DNA from: Macrostomum lignano
Taxonomy: Eukaryota
Reading direction: 5' to 3'
Length of the DNA: 64,000 nucleotides
Assembly: GCA_002269645.1 (NCBI GenBank)
Contig: NIVC01003683.1
Coordinates: 1-64,000, forward strand
Both the position numbers and the translations under genes were made by a program. This document shows, one piece after another, positions 51,872-63,252 of this stretch. Below the pieces are notes generated by a model. That model saw only the letters and a program-made list of their open reading frames with translations. It was not told where the DNA came from and ran no database searches. Within the stretch, counting starts at the first letter, position 1. Every line of letters begins with the position of its first letter.

Positions 51872-53792
51872 ACCCAAGCATGGAAATACACAATGGAAAC
51901 AAAATTTATGAACAAAAATGTAGCAAGAGTTCCACCATAGAATTCATTATAAATTATTCTATTATCTATTATCCATTAAATAATATAATTATATCTGCAA
52001 TATATTTCATTTGTTTGTATAAAAGTAAGATAAGGATATGTCTAAATTAAGATGGGTAGATATTTCACTAATTTTTATTGCTTTCAACAGTATATAAGTC
52101 TATGTCAATGTCTACTTATCTTTTGGCACTGACATAGAGCTATGGCTATGGTGAGCTAGCAGTCTTCTATAGTTTGCTGCAAAGTGCCCTAGCTTTAGAT
52201 ATTAAGGCTGATTTAGTCAAAACTACCATCCTAAACAAACTTGTAATACAATAAACTAATGTGTGTATGTATACTTTATCCCAGACATACCATATCTGCA
52301 CTAATCAAGACATCAGCTACACTCCTGCCATCTACTGCTCTTATTGTTATTGCTATTGCTACTGCTATTGGGTTGGCCAAAGTGGGAGCAAAGTTCTTTC
52401 CTCTTTACAATTTACAATTATAACTGTTTTCTTTTTTATGTAATTGTATTGTAGTTGCCTGCCTTGCAAAGATATTAATTTGCTAAAATACTTTTCTCCT
52501 TTTTCTCCTTCTCCTTTTCTCCTTTAGCATGCACATTGACCAAGTCACAAAACCTTCACTGAATATGCTATCATATAGCCATGTGTATCTACATAGACAC
52601 TAGCCCCTATGCTTTATGCTTATTTGGGTTTTTTGTGTCACAGGCTTGCCATGACATGTCAAAATTAAAAATGGCATAATAATTTTGATACTGTTATGCC
52701 AAAATGGCATAACAATTTTGCCATTATGCCATTGCCAAACTGCCAATGCTAAATCCCCAATTCCAAATTTCAATTTTGCTTTTAAATTTGTTCAAATATT
52801 ACCTTGTTTGTCACTATAATCATCCTTAAGCTCAAGTCCTCATGTCATGTTGTACATTGTGTATACTTGCTGGTTGCCAAACTGGCAAGCTATTATCATT
52901 CCTATCTGAATCTGAAAGGAAAAACTAAATATGGCCTCACAAAGTGCTATTTTCTATTTATGCCAATGGCATGTCAAAATTTGAAATGGCATAACAATTT
53001 TGACAAAAAACCTAGGTGCTCATAACTCATGTCCTATGGTGGATGTCAATAATAAATTGGTCATTTGGAAATTATAGTGTATCATTCTCGTGTAGACAAA
53101 AAGAAAAGCAATGCTAACAAAAATATAGTTTTATATTGCCAAAATGTTCTTGTCATATATATAATCATTAGTGCTAATTAATTTCTTCATCTAAGTTAAC
53201 ACAACAAGCAATCTATTTATACTTAAAAAATTGTAAATTACAATTGAAGTACAAGTCTCAAGTTGGTTCAGCTCAATGTTGTAAAAATATATAGAGTGAA
53301 AAATAGAGTAGAAAAGGATATTGTATATATAGCCTATAGTGCTCTCATTGACATAGCATGACTAGGTGATAGGGCAGCCAAGCAGGTATGGTATGTTGCA
53401 AAACTGATCAACCAAGTACCAAAAATTGTAAGGGAGTGCATAGAACAAAAATAGAACAAAACAAATAGGAAAAATCTGTAGAATATATCAGGCATAGTAT
53501 AAAGTTTTTCATTTTGATTCTAAGAGGGTTATCTAGACTATCAGTAGGCAGTAGTCATATTAGTAGTTGTCTTTCTACAGATTCAGGACTACTTTTGGTC
53601 ATTTCATTTTGTGCCTTGAAATACTTTTAAAAAGAACCAGTGTTTTCTGGTTTCAAAACTTGAAAATTTCAACATTATCTTTTAATTGTTGTTTTAACCC
53701 AGACTTTGCTTATTGCCTGAATGCATGCAAGAAAGTCTAGGCCGCTTTCTTCCCCAGGAGAAAGAATAAGCAAAGCAAGTGAAATTCAAGTC

Positions 53793-54185
53793 ATGGCCAG
53801 CGCAGACCTGCAGTGGGAGCTCATCAAGCGGAACAGCTGTTTCCTAGTCAAACGCGGCCGCAAAGCATTCTCAACTGAGGCTGGCAATCTGAAATGCCGC
53901 AACAGCTTCAATTCAAATGGCCTGATCCATCGCAGGACTGTTGGCATCGAGGCCCCGACTGCCGGCAAGTCTGGCGTTGTTCTCGTGCTGCGCAACCAGC
54001 GCCAGGCCAACCGGCCCGCCCGCAGCCACTCCCAGGTGCCGCTGCAGCGCCGGGGTCCGCGCGGCGTGCTGGGCTCCATTAAGAAGATTCTGCGACAGAG
54101 GCGCTACCGGCGCGACCTGGAACTGGCGGCTCTGCGTCGGGCGTCGGCCATTATGAGGGGCCAGCGGAAGATCGGTGGAAAGTGA
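53793..54185 (+). CDS. RPL28: 60S ribosomal protein L28 (eL28), 130 aa, intronless
   Basis: MASADLQWELIKRNSCFLVKR...STEAGNLKCRNSFNSNGLIHRRTVGIE...RYRRDLELAALRRASAI matches eL28 motifs LQW, NGLIHRKTVG and AAIRRASAI. Confidence 0.93.
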   Translation: MASADLQWELIKRNSCFLVKRGRKAFSTEAGNLKCRNSFNSNGLIHRRTVGIEAPTAGKSGVVLVLRNQRQANRPARSHSQVPLQRRGPRGVLGSIKKILRQRRYRRDLELAALRRASAIMRGQRKIGGK

Positions 54186-54399
54186 CTTGACAAACCAATT
54201 TGAGTAGCTTGCGATGAGTAAGGCTTTGCTGAGAACTGACGCTTCTCTGTGCGTTTGCTGTTTGAATTGAGATGAAGTCTAAATAAACAAATCTGACAAA
54301 ATGATTTGAGATCGAACTGTCGCTGGACTCACTCTGGCTCTTGGAATAAAACCCACATGTAGTCTTGTGTGATCTGTTGCTGAAAGAAAGGCCAAAATC

Positions 54400-56105
54400 A
54401 CAGTCTGGCTGAAATGAGAGGCGCCTCAAGTCACAGTCTGTAGTTGAAATGAGAGGCGCCTCAAATCACAGTCTATCTGAAATGAGAGGCACCTCAAGTC
54501 ACAGTCTTTAGCTGCAATAAGAGGCACCTCAAGTCACAGTCTTTAGCTGCAATGAGAGGCACCTCAAGTCACAGTCTGTAGCTGAAATGAGAGGCACCTC
54601 AAGTCACAGTCTTTAGCTGCAATGAGAGGCACCTCAAGTCACAGTCTTTAGCTGCAATGAGAGGCACCTCAAGTCACAGTCTGTAGCTGAAATGAGAGGC
54701 ACCTCAAGTCACAGTCTGTAGCTGAAATGAGAGGCACCTCAAGTCACAGTCTTTAGCTGCAATGAGAGGCACCTCAAGTCACAGTCTTTAGCTGCAATGA
54801 GAGGCACCTCAAGTCACAGTCTTTAGCTGCAATAAGAGGCACCTCAAGTCACAGTCTTTAGCTGCAATGAGAGGCACCTCAAGTCACAGTCTTTAGCTGC
54901 AATGAGAGGCACCTCAAGTCACAGTCTGTAGCTGAAATGAGAGGCACCTCAAGTCACAGTCTTTAGCTGCAATGAGAGGCACCTCAAGTCACAGTCTTTA
55001 GCTGCAATGAGAGGCACCTCAAGTCACAGTCTTTAGCTGCAATAAGAGGCACCTCAAGTCACAGTCTTTAGCTGCAATGAGAGGCACCTCAAGTCACAGT
55101 CTTTAGCTGCAATGAGAGGCACCTCAAGTCACAGTCTGTAGCTGAAATGAGAGGCACCTCAAGTCACATGATAGCTGCATGAAATGAGAGGCAACCCAAG
55201 TCACATGATAGCTGCATGAAATGAGAGACAACCCAAGTCACATGATAGCTGCATGAAATGAGAGACAACCCAAGTCACATGATAGCTGCATGAAATGAGA
55301 GGCAACCCAAGTCACATGATAGCTGCATGAAATGAGAGACAACCCAAGTCACATGATAGCTGCATGAAATGAGAGACAACCCAAGTCACATGATAGCTGC
55401 ATGAAATGAGAGGCAACCCAAGTCACATGATAGCTGCATGAAATGAGAGACAACCCAAGTCACATGATAGCTGCATGAAATGAGAGACAACCCAAGTCAC
55501 ATGATAGCTGCATGAAATGAGAGACAACCCAAGTCACATGATAGCTGCATGAAATGAGAGGCAACCCAAGTCACATGATAGCTGCATGAAATGAGAGACA
55601 ACCCAAGTCACATGATAGCTGCATGAAATGAGAGGCAACCCAAGTCACATGATAGCTGCATGAAATGAGAGGCAACCAAAGTCACATGATAGCTGCATGA
55701 AATGAGAGACAACCCAAGTCACATGATAGCTGCATGAAATGAGAGACAACCCAAGTCACATGATAGCTGCATGAAATGAGAGGCAACCAAAGTCACATGA
55801 TAGCTGCATGAAATGAGAGACAACCCAAGTCACATGATAGCTGCATGAAATGAGAGACAACCCAAGTCACATGATAGCTGCATGAAATGAGAGGCAACCC
55901 AAGTCACATGATAGCTGCATGAAATGAGAGGCAACCAAAGTCACATGATAGCTGCATGAAATGAGAGACAACCCAAGTCACATGATAGCTGCATGAAATG
56001 AGAGGCAACCCAAGTCACATGATTGCTGCATGAAATGAGAGACAACCCAAGTCACATGATAGCTGCATGAAATGAGAGGCAACCCAAGTCACATGATAGC
56101 TGCAT
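54400..56105. repeat. Two-phase minisatellite: 35-bp unit (AATGAGAGGCACCTCAAGTCACAGTCTTTAGCTGC) to about 55165, then a related 37-bp unit (AAATGAGAGACAACCCAAGTCACATGATAGCTGCATG)
   Basis: Directly visible. Confidence 0.96.
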
Positions 56106-56129
56106 GTGACTAGCTGCTTCCCCTAAATA

Positions 56130-56555
56130 GAAAATATTCCCAAGACAGCAAGCACCCCCCTCCAAAAGTAAACAACCGCAGATAGCAAGCATCCTCTAAT
56201 GCTCATAGCAAGCATCACCCCAGATAGCAAGCATCTGCAGATAGCAAGCATCCCCCAGATAGAAGCATCCACCCAGATAGCAAGCATCCTGCAGATAGCG
56301 AGCACCCCCCAGATATTATCGAAGCATCCACCCATATAGCAAGCATCCTGCAGATAGCGAACACCCCCCCAGATATTATCGAAGCATCCACCCAAATAGC
56401 AAGCATCCTGCAGATAGCAAGAATCCCTAAATAGCAAGCCTCCCTGGATAGAAGGAATCCCATACATGTAGCCAGTACCCCCCTCCCAAATAGCAAGTAT
56501 ACCCCCTCGAGAGCAAGCATCCTCCAGATAGCAAGCATCCGCGAGACAGCAAGTA
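56130..56555. repeat. Degenerate repeat built on AGATAGCAAGCATCC
   Basis: Motif recurs with variable spacing. Confidence 0.75.
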
Positions 56556-56729
56556 GCTAGTGCAAATGTTACCTCCGCTAATGCAATAATCGCTTTCTCA
56601 GGTTGTGCAACAATCCACGTCTCAGTGAGCGCAATAATCTCTTTTTTAGACAGCGCAATAATCAGCTTCTCAGCTAGTGCAATAATACTTTACTCATCAA
56701 GTCCAAAAATCGATGTCTCAGCTAGTGCA

Positions 56730-57440
56730 ATAGCCCTTTCTAATCTAGTGCAATAATCCTTGGTTTATCGAGTGCAATAATCCTTGGTTTATCAAGTGCT
56801 ACCAGTATATTCCTTGTTATCAAAGTGCGATAATCCTTGGCTTATCAAGTGCAATATTCTTTATTAGCAAGTGCATAATCTTTGGCTTATCAAGTGCAAT
56901 AATCCTTGGCTTATCAAGTGCAATAATCCTTGGTTTATCAAGGGCAGTAATCTTTGGCTTATCAAGTGCAATAATCCTTGGCTTATCAAGTGCAATAATC
57001 CTTGGTTTATCAAGGGCAGTAATCTTTGGCTTATCAAGTGCAAAAATCTTTGTTTTATCAAGCGCAGTAATCTTTGGCTTATCAAGTGCAATAATCATTG
57101 GCTTATCAAGTGCAATAATCCTTGGTTTATCAAGTGCAAAAATCCTTACAGTAATCCTTGGTTTATCCAGTGCAATAACCCTTGGTTTATCAAGTGCAGT
57201 AGTCCTTGGTTTATCAAGTGCAGTAATCCTTGGTTTATCAAGCGCAGTAATCCTTGGTTTATCAAGCGCAGTAATCCTTGGTTTATCAAGTGCAATAATC
57301 CTTGGTTTATCAGGTGCAATATTATTTGGTTTATCAAGCGCAGTAATCATTGGTTTATCAAGTGCAGTAGTCCTTGATTTATCAAGCGCAGTAATCCTTG
57401 GTTTATCAAGTGCAATAATCCTTGGTTTATCTAGCGCCAT
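56730..57440. repeat. 24-bp minisatellite (GTGCAATAATCCTTGGTTTATCAA)
   Basis: Directly visible. Source of the ALDKPRII pseudo-ORF. Confidence 0.95.
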
Positions 57441-57501
57441 AATTCAGGTCTTTTTAATTAGTTTTTTAATAAAAGCTAATAAAAAGTAGAAAACATTCTT
57501 A

Positions 57502-57823
57502 CGAGGGGTGTCCCAAAAGTTCCCGGAATGTCTAACGTAGCTCTTCAACAGAGCCATGAAATTTCACGCCCATGAAAATGAAAAACTCCAAAAATGGAGA
57601 TGAAAAAATTATTGCCATAGATTGTTGAGGTTGTGTAACACTACCCCTGACCTTTGCGCACGTTTCTTGCTGTAGCTCTTGAATAAAAAAAGATATCAAC
57701 ATGATTTTAACTTTGTATTCTTTGTGACAAAATTTCCTTTCATTTGACACCATGGGCGTGAAATTTCATGGCTCTGTTGAAGAGCTACGTTAGACATTCC
57801 GGGAACTTTTGGGACACCCCTCG
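57502..57823. mobile_element. Mariner-derived MITE, 322 bp, with perfect 73-bp TIRs and TA target duplication
   Basis: 57502-57574 is the exact reverse complement of 57751-57823. TA at 57500-01 and 57824-25. Confidence 0.95.
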
Positions 57824-58512
57824 TAGAATACAAAGTAGAAAAGATTCTTAGAATACAAAGTAAAAGTCATTCTTAGAATACAAAGTAGAAGAAATTCTTA
57901 GAATACAAAGTAGAAGACATTCTTAGAATACAAAGTAGAAGAAATTCTTAGAATACAAAGTAGAAGAAATTCTTCGAATACAAAGTAGAAGACATTCTTA
58001 GAATACAAAGTAGAAGAAATTCTTAGAATACAAAGTAGAAGAAATTCTTCGAATACAAAGTAGAAGTCATTCTTAGAATACAAAGTAGAAGACAATCTTC
58101 GAATAGAAAGTAGAATACATTTTAGAATGCAAAGTAGAAGACATTCTTCGAATAGAAAGTAGAAGAGATTCTTAGAATAGAAAGTAGAAGACATTCTTAG
58201 AATACAAAGTAGAAGACATTCTTCGAATAGAAAGTTGAAAAGATTCTTGAATACAAAGTAGAAGACATTCTTCGAATAGAAAGTAGAAAAGATTCTTAGA
58301 ATACAAAGTAGAAGAAATTCTTCGAATACAAAGTAGAATACATTTTTAGAATGCAGAGTAGAAGACATTCTTCGAATAAAAAGTAGAAGAGATTCTTAGA
58401 ATACAAAGTAGAAGTCATTCTTAGAATACAAATTAGAAGAGATTCTTAGAATAGAAAGTAGAAGAGATTCTTAGAATAGAAAGTAGAAGAGATTCTTAGA
58501 ATACAAAGTAGA
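57824..58512. repeat. 25-bp minisatellite (GAATACAAAGTAGAAGACATTCTTA)
   Basis: Directly visible. Confidence 0.95.
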
Positions 58513-59449
58513 ACCAAAGATTGGAGCTGTGCCATGCATTTTTATGATTTTTACGAGCGAGGAAATGTACGTAGAATAAAAAATTAACATAGAACCCTAA
58601 TTTTCCGAACGAAAAGCTTTATGAATATCGATAGAGCTATAAGAAAGGCACAAAATATCAAAAGATGAACATTGGATCTGCCTCCTATCGAAAGCAATAA
58701 CAACTTTTGTGCTGAAAAATTGACAACTTCCTATCTCCGTAGTGTGTTTTTCGGCGAAAAGTGGCCTACAAAACATTTACCTTAGATTTCGAGTGTTGCG
58801 TCCTTACATACCATGTTGCGTCCTTGTAAGTAGTCCTTGCATACTCGTATTTGTACTCGCACACTCCGGCTCCTGGTGCCCATGACCAGCCCAGTGAGGG
58901 GTCCAGCCAGAGCCCAGAAATGCTGAGTTGTTGTGTTTGCTAGTGCAACATCTGGAGTGGCACCCAGTCCAGGGCATCCAACATTTGCCAATACCGAATC
59001 ATAATTTCGAATTTCGAATCAAGTTAAGTATGCAGAAAGACTAGTCGAAAAAACAACACATCGAAGTTTAAATTTTGAAGACTTCAACAAAAGTTAATCG
59101 GTATATTGAAACTCTAATTTGAAGACAAAACTCCGAATTCGACTAGATAAAAGAGAACAAATTAAAACAATAAAACAACAAAAAGAAGAGATTCCCGATC
59201 CAAATCAAAATGAGAAATATTGAGCAAATTTAAAGGTACCTAAGTTAAAACTACTAGCAGTAGCATAGTAGCATACACAGTTCTCCATCACCCATCGTCA
59301 AAAAAGGTAACGGCAAAATTTAGACAGAAAATTCATTAAAAATCGGTGGTCAACTTCAAACACTAGTAAGTACAGGAAATAAGGAATTGAATGTCGCAGT
59401 TATTGGCACATGGACACAACTATAATTATCAAATTATCAATCAAAAGTT

Positions 59450-60130
59450 TCTAAATACGCACCTAACACACTTCCGGTTGAGATCCCAGTCTCTAGATAC
59501 ACGTACAACTAAGACAATTACGATTGAGGTTCCAGTCCCTAAATATCTAGATACGCCCCTAACACACTTCCGGTTGAGATCCCAGTTCCTAAATGCGCAC
59601 CTAACACACTTCCGGTTGAGGTTCCAGTCCTTAAATATCTAGATACGTACCTAACACACTTCCGGTTGAGATCCCAGTCCCTAGATACACACCTAACACA
59701 CTTCCGGTTGAGATCTTAGGCCCTAGATACACACATAACGCACTTCCGGTTGAGGTCCCAGGCCCTAGATACACACCTATCACACTTCCGGTTGAGATCC
59801 CAGTCCCTAGATACACCTACCTAACACACTTCCGGTTGAGATCTCAGTCCCTAGATACACACCTAACACACTTCCGGTTGAGATCCCAGTCCCTAGATAC
59901 ACACCTAACACACTTCCGGTTGAGATCTTAGTCCCTAGATACACACCTAACACACTTCCGGTTGAGATCCCAGTCCCTAGATACACACCTAACACACTTC
60001 CGGTTGAGATCCCAGGCCCTAGATACACACCTAACACACTTCCGGTTGAGATCCCAGTTCCTTAATGCGCACCTAATACACTTCCGGTTTAGATATCAGT
60101 CCCTGAATTCACACCAGCCTACTTCCGGAC
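59450..60130. repeat. About 42-bp minisatellite (CACTTCCGGTTGAGATCCCAGTCCCTAGATACACACCTAACA)
   Basis: About 14 units immediately 3' of the MCFD2 stop codon. Confidence 0.95.
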
Positions 60131-60164
60131 TTTCATCCTAAAGGTCACGACCTCGCCGGCCAAC

Positions 60165-60605
60165 TCAATGATCCTTCGAGTTCCGACGCTGAGCGGCCAC
60201 AAACTCCGTATAGTCAACGTATCCGTCGCCATTAGTATCCTCATCCCGCAGGATTTGATCAACAGTGCTCTCCAGATTGTGATCGCTCACCACAGAAGCG
60301 GAATTGTCGCTGTCCGAGTGTCCCCGACTGCCGTGGTCAAGCAGCGACTTGACCAGCTCGGCGCCGTCCAGCCGTCCGTTGTTATCGAAATCGTGCAGCT
60401 TAAAATAATAATACTCCTGTTGCTCCTGCTGCGAGCCCGGCCCGGCCGAGTCGCTCAGCCGGATGTCGCGCATGTGCTGGGCCAGGTGCTCGGGGCTGTG
60501 CACACCCATGGGGTCCTGCACGCTGTGGGCCCACACCGAGGAGCCGGCGCTGACGATGGCCGCGATGAGAGCAGCTAGCAGCGCATTATGGTGTAGGCGG
60601 AGCAT
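60165..60605 (-). CDS. MCFD2: MCFD2-like EF-hand ER-Golgi cargo receptor subunit, 146 aa, intronless
   Basis: Signal peptide, EHLAQHM, YYYFKLHDFDNNGRLDGAEL and VDQILRDEDTNGDGYVDYTEF: two EF-hands in the MCFD2 pattern. Confidence 0.9.
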   Translation of the reverse strand: MLRLHHNALLAALIAAIVSAGSSVWAHSVQDPMGVHSPEHLAQHMRDIRLSDSAGPGSQQEQQEYYYFKLHDFDNNGRLDGAELVKSLLDHGSRGHSDSDNSASVVSDHNLESTVDQILRDEDTNGDGYVDYTEFVAAQRRNSKDH

Positions 60606-60741
60606 TGCTGATTGAGATGATTTTGCAGTGGCAGCTGCTCGAGACTGGGGGCATGCATTTAAATGAGAATGAATCGTCACTGATTGAATTGTGGCCAGAC
60701 TGCGGCTTGCGATAACATTAATTGATAGATGGATAGATGGA

Positions 60742-60803
60742 CAGACAGACAGACAGACGGACGGACGGACGGACGGACGGACGGACGGACGGACGGACGG
60801 ACG

Positions 60804-60843
<40 letters not shown>

Positions 60844-60844
60844 C

Positions 60845-60883
<39 letters not shown>

Positions 60884-60940
60884 CACAGACAGACAGACAC
60901 TGACACTGACACTAAGACACTAAGACAGACAGACAGAAAC

Positions 60941-61023
<83 letters not shown>

Positions 61024-61112
61024 TACAGACAGAGACAGACAGACAGACAGACAGACACACAGAGACAGACAGAGACAGACAGAAAGACAGACAGACAGAG
61101 AGACAGACAGAC
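60742..61112. repeat. (CAGA)n/(CGGA)n microsatellite between the Bcl-2-like gene and MCFD2
   Basis: Directly visible. Confidence 0.97.
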
Positions 61113-61474
61113 AGGTTAAAATAACTAGATTGAAAGCTGTTTAAGAAACGCCACACGATAATAAGATTTAAAAAATACATATGTAAGTATTAATATAAAT
61201 TTTTGTATTAGCCACAAAAATCAGCCAAAAACAGTGTACAAGTATGGAAACATCAGGTAAAGGCAGCAACGTTAGGCAGCTAAACAGAAAGCATTCAATC
61301 ATCGGATGGAATGAGAGCAGCGGAAAAAACTGAGGGGAGATTCTGGCCTGTAAAAGTTCAACATAAAAATTAGCACACAAAATTCATACGAGTGCACAGT
61401 AGTACGGAAGATTATCTAATATTAGAATAATCAGTTGATCAGTGCAGATCCCTCACAGCGCACAGTCAGCCCCC

Positions 61475-62170
61475 CTACAGCCAGTTCCTGTAGGCATGGA
61501 TGCCAAACAGCATGACAGCAGCGGTGGCCGCGGAGCCAGTGACGAATCCGTACAGAAAGCTGCTCCTCTCTGTGCTGCTCAGAGACCGAATATAATTGGT
61601 GGCAAACCGGACCAGCTCTAGGAGCAGGTAGGCCAGAAACCAACGCAGCAATTTGCAGCCTAACTGAATGAAAGCCTCGGAGCCTTGCTCAACAAAGCAT
61701 TTCGCTAGCAAACAGGCCATAAAGTAGAACAGTGTTACAAAAGCTTCAAGGCTGAGCCCGTGCTCAAACAGATCTTTTAACTGTTGATGGAAGCTCTCGT
61801 AATTAAGGCTGTCCAACCGAATGCTAGCCGCCAGCTGCCTTGTGCTGTCGGCTTGCCGTGATCGAGCAAACTCATTAGCGATTTGCAGCAGGTTGCGACC
61901 GAACGAGCCGGAGTTGTTTAGAGCAGCCTGGGGTTGCGCGGTCAACAGCTGCTCAGGCGGGTGCACCAGCTCGCCAGTGGCGGCTTGCACGGCTCTTCTG
62001 GTGTCCAAATTAGCATGCAGCTGCTCCAGGTTGAGGTTGAGTAGTGCGTTGGATATTTCAAACACCTGCTGACCTTCTGTGTCCAGCTCTTCAAATTGCG
62101 GCACAACAACATTGGTCTCTTCGACTTGGCGAGACTGCCGCGCCATGTCACCGGCAGGTTTCTCGGCCAT
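61475..62170 (-). CDS. Divergent multidomain Bcl-2 family protein (Bax/Bak-like), 231 aa, with C-terminal TM
   Basis: BH3-like GRNLLQIANEF, BH1-like LFEHGLSLEAFVTLFYF (Bax: MFSDGNFNWGRVVALFYF) and a hydrophobic C-terminal anchor. AG lies 3 nt upstream of the ATG. Confidence 0.7.
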   Translation of the reverse strand: MAEKPAGDMARQSRQVEETNVVVPQFEELDTEGQQVFEISNALLNLNLEQLHANLDTRRAVQAATGELVHPPEQLLTAQPQAALNNSGSFGRNLLQIANEFARSRQADSTRQLAASIRLDSLNYESFHQQLKDLFEHGLSLEAFVTLFYFMACLLAKCFVEQGSEAFIQLGCKLLRWFLAYLLLELVRFATNYIRSLSSTERSSFLYGFVTGSAATAAVMLFGIHAYRNWL

Positions 62171-62354
62171 TGTCTAGTGGGGCTGCTCTGGAGCATTGGA
62201 AACGTTTTTTAGTGGCATTAGAACTTGTTCTACAATGAATAGTAGGTAGTCTCGCACTTTTACTATATCGCTTGTTTCTACCTTAAGCAGTCACCCAAAC
62301 TACTACCGTTATGATACAATATACATGTAGCTATACTAGATATTCTGCAGTCGT

Positions 62355-62670
62355 CGGTACCCGAGATCTGTTACGCAATCGGTACCTGAGATCTGTTACG
62401 CAATCGGTACCTGAGATCTGTTACGCAATCGGTACCTGAGATCTGTTACGCAATCGGTACCTGAGTTCTGTTACGCAATCGGTACCTGAGATCTGTTACG
62501 CAATCGATACCTGAGATCTGTTACGCAATCGGTACCTGAGATCTGTTACGCAATCGGTACCTGAGATCTGTTACGCAATCGGTACCTGAGATCTTTTACA
62601 CAATCGGTACCCAAATTCTGTTACGCAATCGGTACCTGAGATCTGCTACGCCATCGGTATCTGCGATCTG
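62355..62670. repeat. 25-bp minisatellite (CGGTACCTGAGATCTGTTACGCAAT)
   Basis: About 12 visible units. Confidence 0.95.
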
Positions 62671-63252
62671 TGTGGCGCTGCTGGCACCATACTGGCAAAG
62701 ACTCGCAGAACTCATCGAAAGCCTGCTCTCTGACGCCGGCGCCGCGCTACCCTTCTGTGCCCCTGACAGCGCATCTTGTTGCCTTCACATAATATTTCAA
62801 TCCAAGGAACTTCCTACGGGAATTTTTTCGCGGTATACTAGTCTATTAAGGATAATTGAGTAATTAACTAGAGATTTAAAATTCCACTGACATTTTCCAT
62901 ACTATTTATGGATAGAGCGGCCCGTGGACAGAACAGTACGCTCGTATAGAGAATATTAAAAATTCCAAAGAAATCTGGCGGCTAAAGAAGCGTCAGATAT
63001 AAAAATAGCAAGACGAAAATGACACAAGGCAAGGACTAGCGTGTGCGCTACACGTCCGTACTTACTATTGTACGCTATTAGCATACAGTAATTGCGCGTA
63101 TCAGTTATTCAAAGCAATAACTTCTTATTCCTAATTGTACAACCCTGGCATGGGTTTGTATGAAGCGACGAGATGCGAAGTTCCGTTTCTTATTTATATA
63201 TAAGTCAATCTTTGTATGCGAGTAATTGATATTTTACCTACTAAAAAAGTAG

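Noticed and set aside
56820-57440. ALDKPRII-repeat protein
   Set aside because: A 24-bp satellite open by chance, with no flanking unique coding sequence or splice support.
58782-58991. GC-richer island with short ORFs in three minus frames
   Set aside because: No convincing acceptor or family motif. It may be an exon of an unseen gene but cannot be supported.
62650-62790. Possible upstream coding exon of the Bcl-2-like gene (MSSASLCQYG...DTDG, minus strand)
   Set aside because: Weak donor (GTAGCA) and no homology. It may be a 5' UTR exon, so it is left uncalled.
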